Part shown: in pieces, positions 61,213-64,000 of the stretch
Layout: every line of letters starts with the position of its first letter
How positions within the stretch are numbered: the stretch's first letter is position 1
Source: Macrostomum lignano
Taxonomy: Eukaryota
Direction of reading: 5' to 3'
Length of the DNA stretch: 64,000 nt
Assembly: GCA_002269645.1 (NCBI GenBank)
Contig: NIVC01000260.1
Location: 659,171-723,170 of the forward strand
Notes under the pieces: generated by a model
The model's database searches: none
Told to the model about the DNA's origin: nothing
The model's input: the letters and a program-made list of their open reading frames with translations, nothing else
Made by a program: the position numbers and the translations under genes

Positions 61213-61250
61213 TTAGCACAATTTTTCACTTTCTTCTTGGCGATTGTCAT
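61213..61250 (-). CDS. Candidate first coding exon of MLYCD (MTIAKKKVKNCA)
   Basis: ATG plus AA|GTGAGG donor in phase 2, compatible with the phase-2 acceptor at 57695; no homology support. Confidence 0.25.
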
Positions 61251-63590
61251 TTAATAATAAAAACATTATAGCACGTATCTCCCTCTAGTTATGGAGACAA
61301 AAAGTTATACTTCACAAAATGGTTCTGGTTCTGGAACCAGAACAAGCAATACGAAAAGGCCCTAAGTAGGACGGTGAGGTGGGGCGGAGGAAGAATATTT
61401 ATGCTTGACTTGGCGGTTGCGGATTTTGAACTCGGGGTTTCTTCGAAACCGGTCGTCGTTGCGTTCGCACGAATTGAAGCCGGAAGATCGCGCAGATGAA
61501 TCACAACGGAAGTTTGCCTCCTGTTTTACTCCGACTGCCGGGGTCCTCAAATTCCGGGGGGATCGGTAGTCTCAGTCGTAGGCGGGCGGTCTTCGTTAGG
61601 CGCGAGCGTTCAGTGCGGGTTCTCAGACACCGTGAATTTATGTACCTCATATGCTTATTTCGTTACTAATAGTAGAGTAGCGCTGCCACCACCGTAATTT
61701 GCGTATTACGGAACGTTGGAGTCTTAGAGCTTGCTTCGAGATGAGACGGGGTTATTTTACGCCCCACGGGCAAATGACTCAAGATAAGCTATGACTTTTA
61801 ATTAATTGAACAACGAAATTAAGTTGGCTCGCCTAATTTATTAAAAGGCCGATTAAATTAGAGTTAGCTAATATTATTATAGTTCAACGAGTACCACGAG
61901 AGATGAGACGGTGGTGCCGCGAGGGCGACTACAAATTAGCAACTATTGTAATAAATGAATTCCCTGGTAGTACGCACAGGTAATGAATCCAATAATAAGA
62001 GTTAAACAAAAGGAAAGGAGGAGAAAAGGAGAAGGAGAAAGAGAAGGGTCCATTTAGCAGCCCTCGCATCATATTATTTATAATATTAAACAGAACATTT
62101 TGTGGCATCAAATGAACAGAAAAAGGAGAAAAAATAATTAAAATGGACCTTAAAGTCATAGTTATGGGCATACGAAAATTAACACTGGGGAGATGCAGGG
62201 CAAAACTAACAACGAACAGAAAAGGGGCTCAATGGCCAGAACCGGGGAGCAGAGGGTCAGAACCAGGGAGCGGGAGATGACGGAAGGGTGACGTCAGGGC
62301 AGCACCTTAAGGTGGACGGAGGAGGGCCAAACCCAGGACAACGGCAAAAAATAACGACCAGAAAACGGGATCCAAAATAAATTTCAAACAGTTAGTGTGA
62401 GGCTCAACCTACCACAACGGGAAACCTCGTTTCTTAGAAAAAATTAGAAGGCAGGTTTTCACGAAAAATACACTACACGGAGATAGGAAGTTTTCATTTT
62501 TTCAGCACAAAAATTGTTATTGCTTTTGATAGGAGGCAAATCCAGTGTTCATCTTTTGATAAGTTGTGCCTTTCTTATTGCTCTATCGATATTCATGGAG
62601 CTTTTCGTTAAGAAAATTAGGATTCTATGTGAATTTTTATTCTACGTACATTTGCACGTGTCTTGTGCCTAAAAACCATTGAAATGGCACAGCGCGGCTC
62701 TTTGGTTTTATGAGTCTATTTTATCATTCTTAGCTGACTGTGTAACAAATATTTGTAACAGAGATGATAAGATAGATTCATAAAAACCAAAGATTCGAGT
62801 TGTGTCATGCATTTTTATGAATTTTAGATACAGGAAATGTAGTTTATATAGTAATAAACTCACTGGTACCCCAGTCGCTCTTGCAGAAAATCCCTCGTGT
62901 CTCACAAGCTTTAAGATGAGGAAGAATATATTCTATACGCATTTGGTGTCAATGCAAATGTCTCACATTGTTTTGTGGCAGACGAAGCCACGCACAGATG
63001 ATAAAGGCCGGTTCCTCGGGTTAGACATGCATTCTCTGCTACTGCTGCAGCAATTCATCAGAGCAATCGGGTTTAACTGTAGTTAGCCACAGCGAATTCG
63101 TACCAGGAAAAAATTATGTGTACCTGTGTACCGCCTCAGTGCTTGCATTTGCTATTTTGAAACACTACAGTGCTTTCTATTCTGAAGAAACAGTGTAAAC
63201 CATTTGCTGCATTAGCGCGGTCGTAATTCCTACATCTATTGTATTGCATTGCATCCGTAGTAACGGAAAAACCCTGTGGAAATTCTGACGACTTTCCGTA
63301 TTTCCGCTTCAGCGCGCTTGATACCGATCTTCCTGCTTGGCTGTAGAAAAACTTCTATTGAATGGAGTACTGATGGAAATAAATTATAGCATTCGTGGGG
63401 AAACTCTTAAGCGATGACGACGACTTGAGGTATGGATCAATCGACTCAGTGAACCTTATCCTTGGCTGGGTTTTTCAATAAATAGTGCTTATACTGGGTG
63501 GAGCCCGAACGCGAAACAAAATTGCAGTGCCAAATATCGTGGTCGCAAAAATTTAAATATTTTTCTAAGTTAAAGAAGCAAAATGGCAGT

Positions 63591-64000
63591 ATGCAAAATA
63601 AAATCATTATAATTATGCTAACCCTGCTGCACAGCAGGCAGCTGACGCCAGTGCAGGCCCAGCTGACCGCGTGCCCCGCTCCGTTCAGCCTCGAGGCCGG
63701 CAAATGCGTGTTCGTGAGCACAGCTCAGAGCTCCACCTGGTGCTCAGCGAATCGGCACTGCGCATCGATCGGAGGCGAGCTGCTCAACTCGCACAGCTCG
63801 CTGCAGTTGCTGGGCAGCATGCCGAGTCTCAACTGCAGCTGCAACATCTGGCTCGGAGTGTCCGACCTGGCTGAGGAGAGAGGCACGAGCAGGTCGGGCT
63901 GGCAGCTGGTGAAAGGCAAGGGCATTCTGCCTCTGAATGACTCCCTGTGGCGAACAGGCGATCCAAACAACAGCGGAGGCAACCAGGACTGCATCGGGCA
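63591..64000 (+). CDS. CTL(-PAN) family copy E, truncated by the window end (not in the ORF track)
   Basis: MQNKIIIIMLTLLHSRQLTPVQA..CPAPFSLEAGKCVFVSTAQSSTWCSANRHCASIGGELLNSHS..WLGVSDLAEER..GDPNNSGGNQDC; open to the end of the window. Confidence 0.85.
   Translation, partial: MQNKIIIIMLTLLHSRQLTPVQAQLTACPAPFSLEAGKCVFVSTAQSSTWCSANRHCASIGGELLNSHSSLQLLGSMPSLNCSCNIWLGVSDLAEERGTSRSGWQLVKGKGILPLNDSLWRTGDPNNSGGNQDCIG

Overview
Eukaryotic (invertebrate) genomic DNA with spliceosomal GT-AG introns, polyQ/polyA-rich GC-rich exons, (GACA)n microsatellites and minisatellite-filled introns. This style resembles the flatworm Macrostomum lignano, but that assignment is inference only. Genes reconstructed by hand from splice sites and phases: a 3-exon Hox3-class homeobox gene (+, 1464-9383) convergent with a 3-coding-exon ARNT/tango bHLH-PAS gene (-, 12515-15398); a probably damaged type II membrane FkbM-like methyltransferase (+, 25526-27714); a 3-exon GPI-anchored Ly6/three-finger gene (-, 44150-44627); and malonyl-CoA decarboxylase MLYCD (-, at least 6 exons, 49508-57695). 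Scattered among them is a family of intronless secreted C-type lectin + PAN/apple-like genes: 3 complete ORFs (A, C, D), 1 cut by the window end (E), 1 pseudogene (B) and 1 orphan 3' fragment. Mobile elements: an RTE-like LINE 3' end, an RNase H-bearing LINE remnant, a decayed DIRS/Ngaro tyrosine-recombinase retroelement, a solo LTR with a perfect 5-bp TSD, two tRNA-derived SINE families, MITEs, and a repeat family forming a 1.27-kb palindrome. The most striking observation is the lectin family's constant-variable-constant layout. A 114-bp 3' segment has no synonymous differences among four paralogs, while the ligand-binding middle of C and D is only about 30% identical in protein and sequence sharing between copies is patchwork. 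This points to a gene-conversion-driven diversified lectin repertoire.
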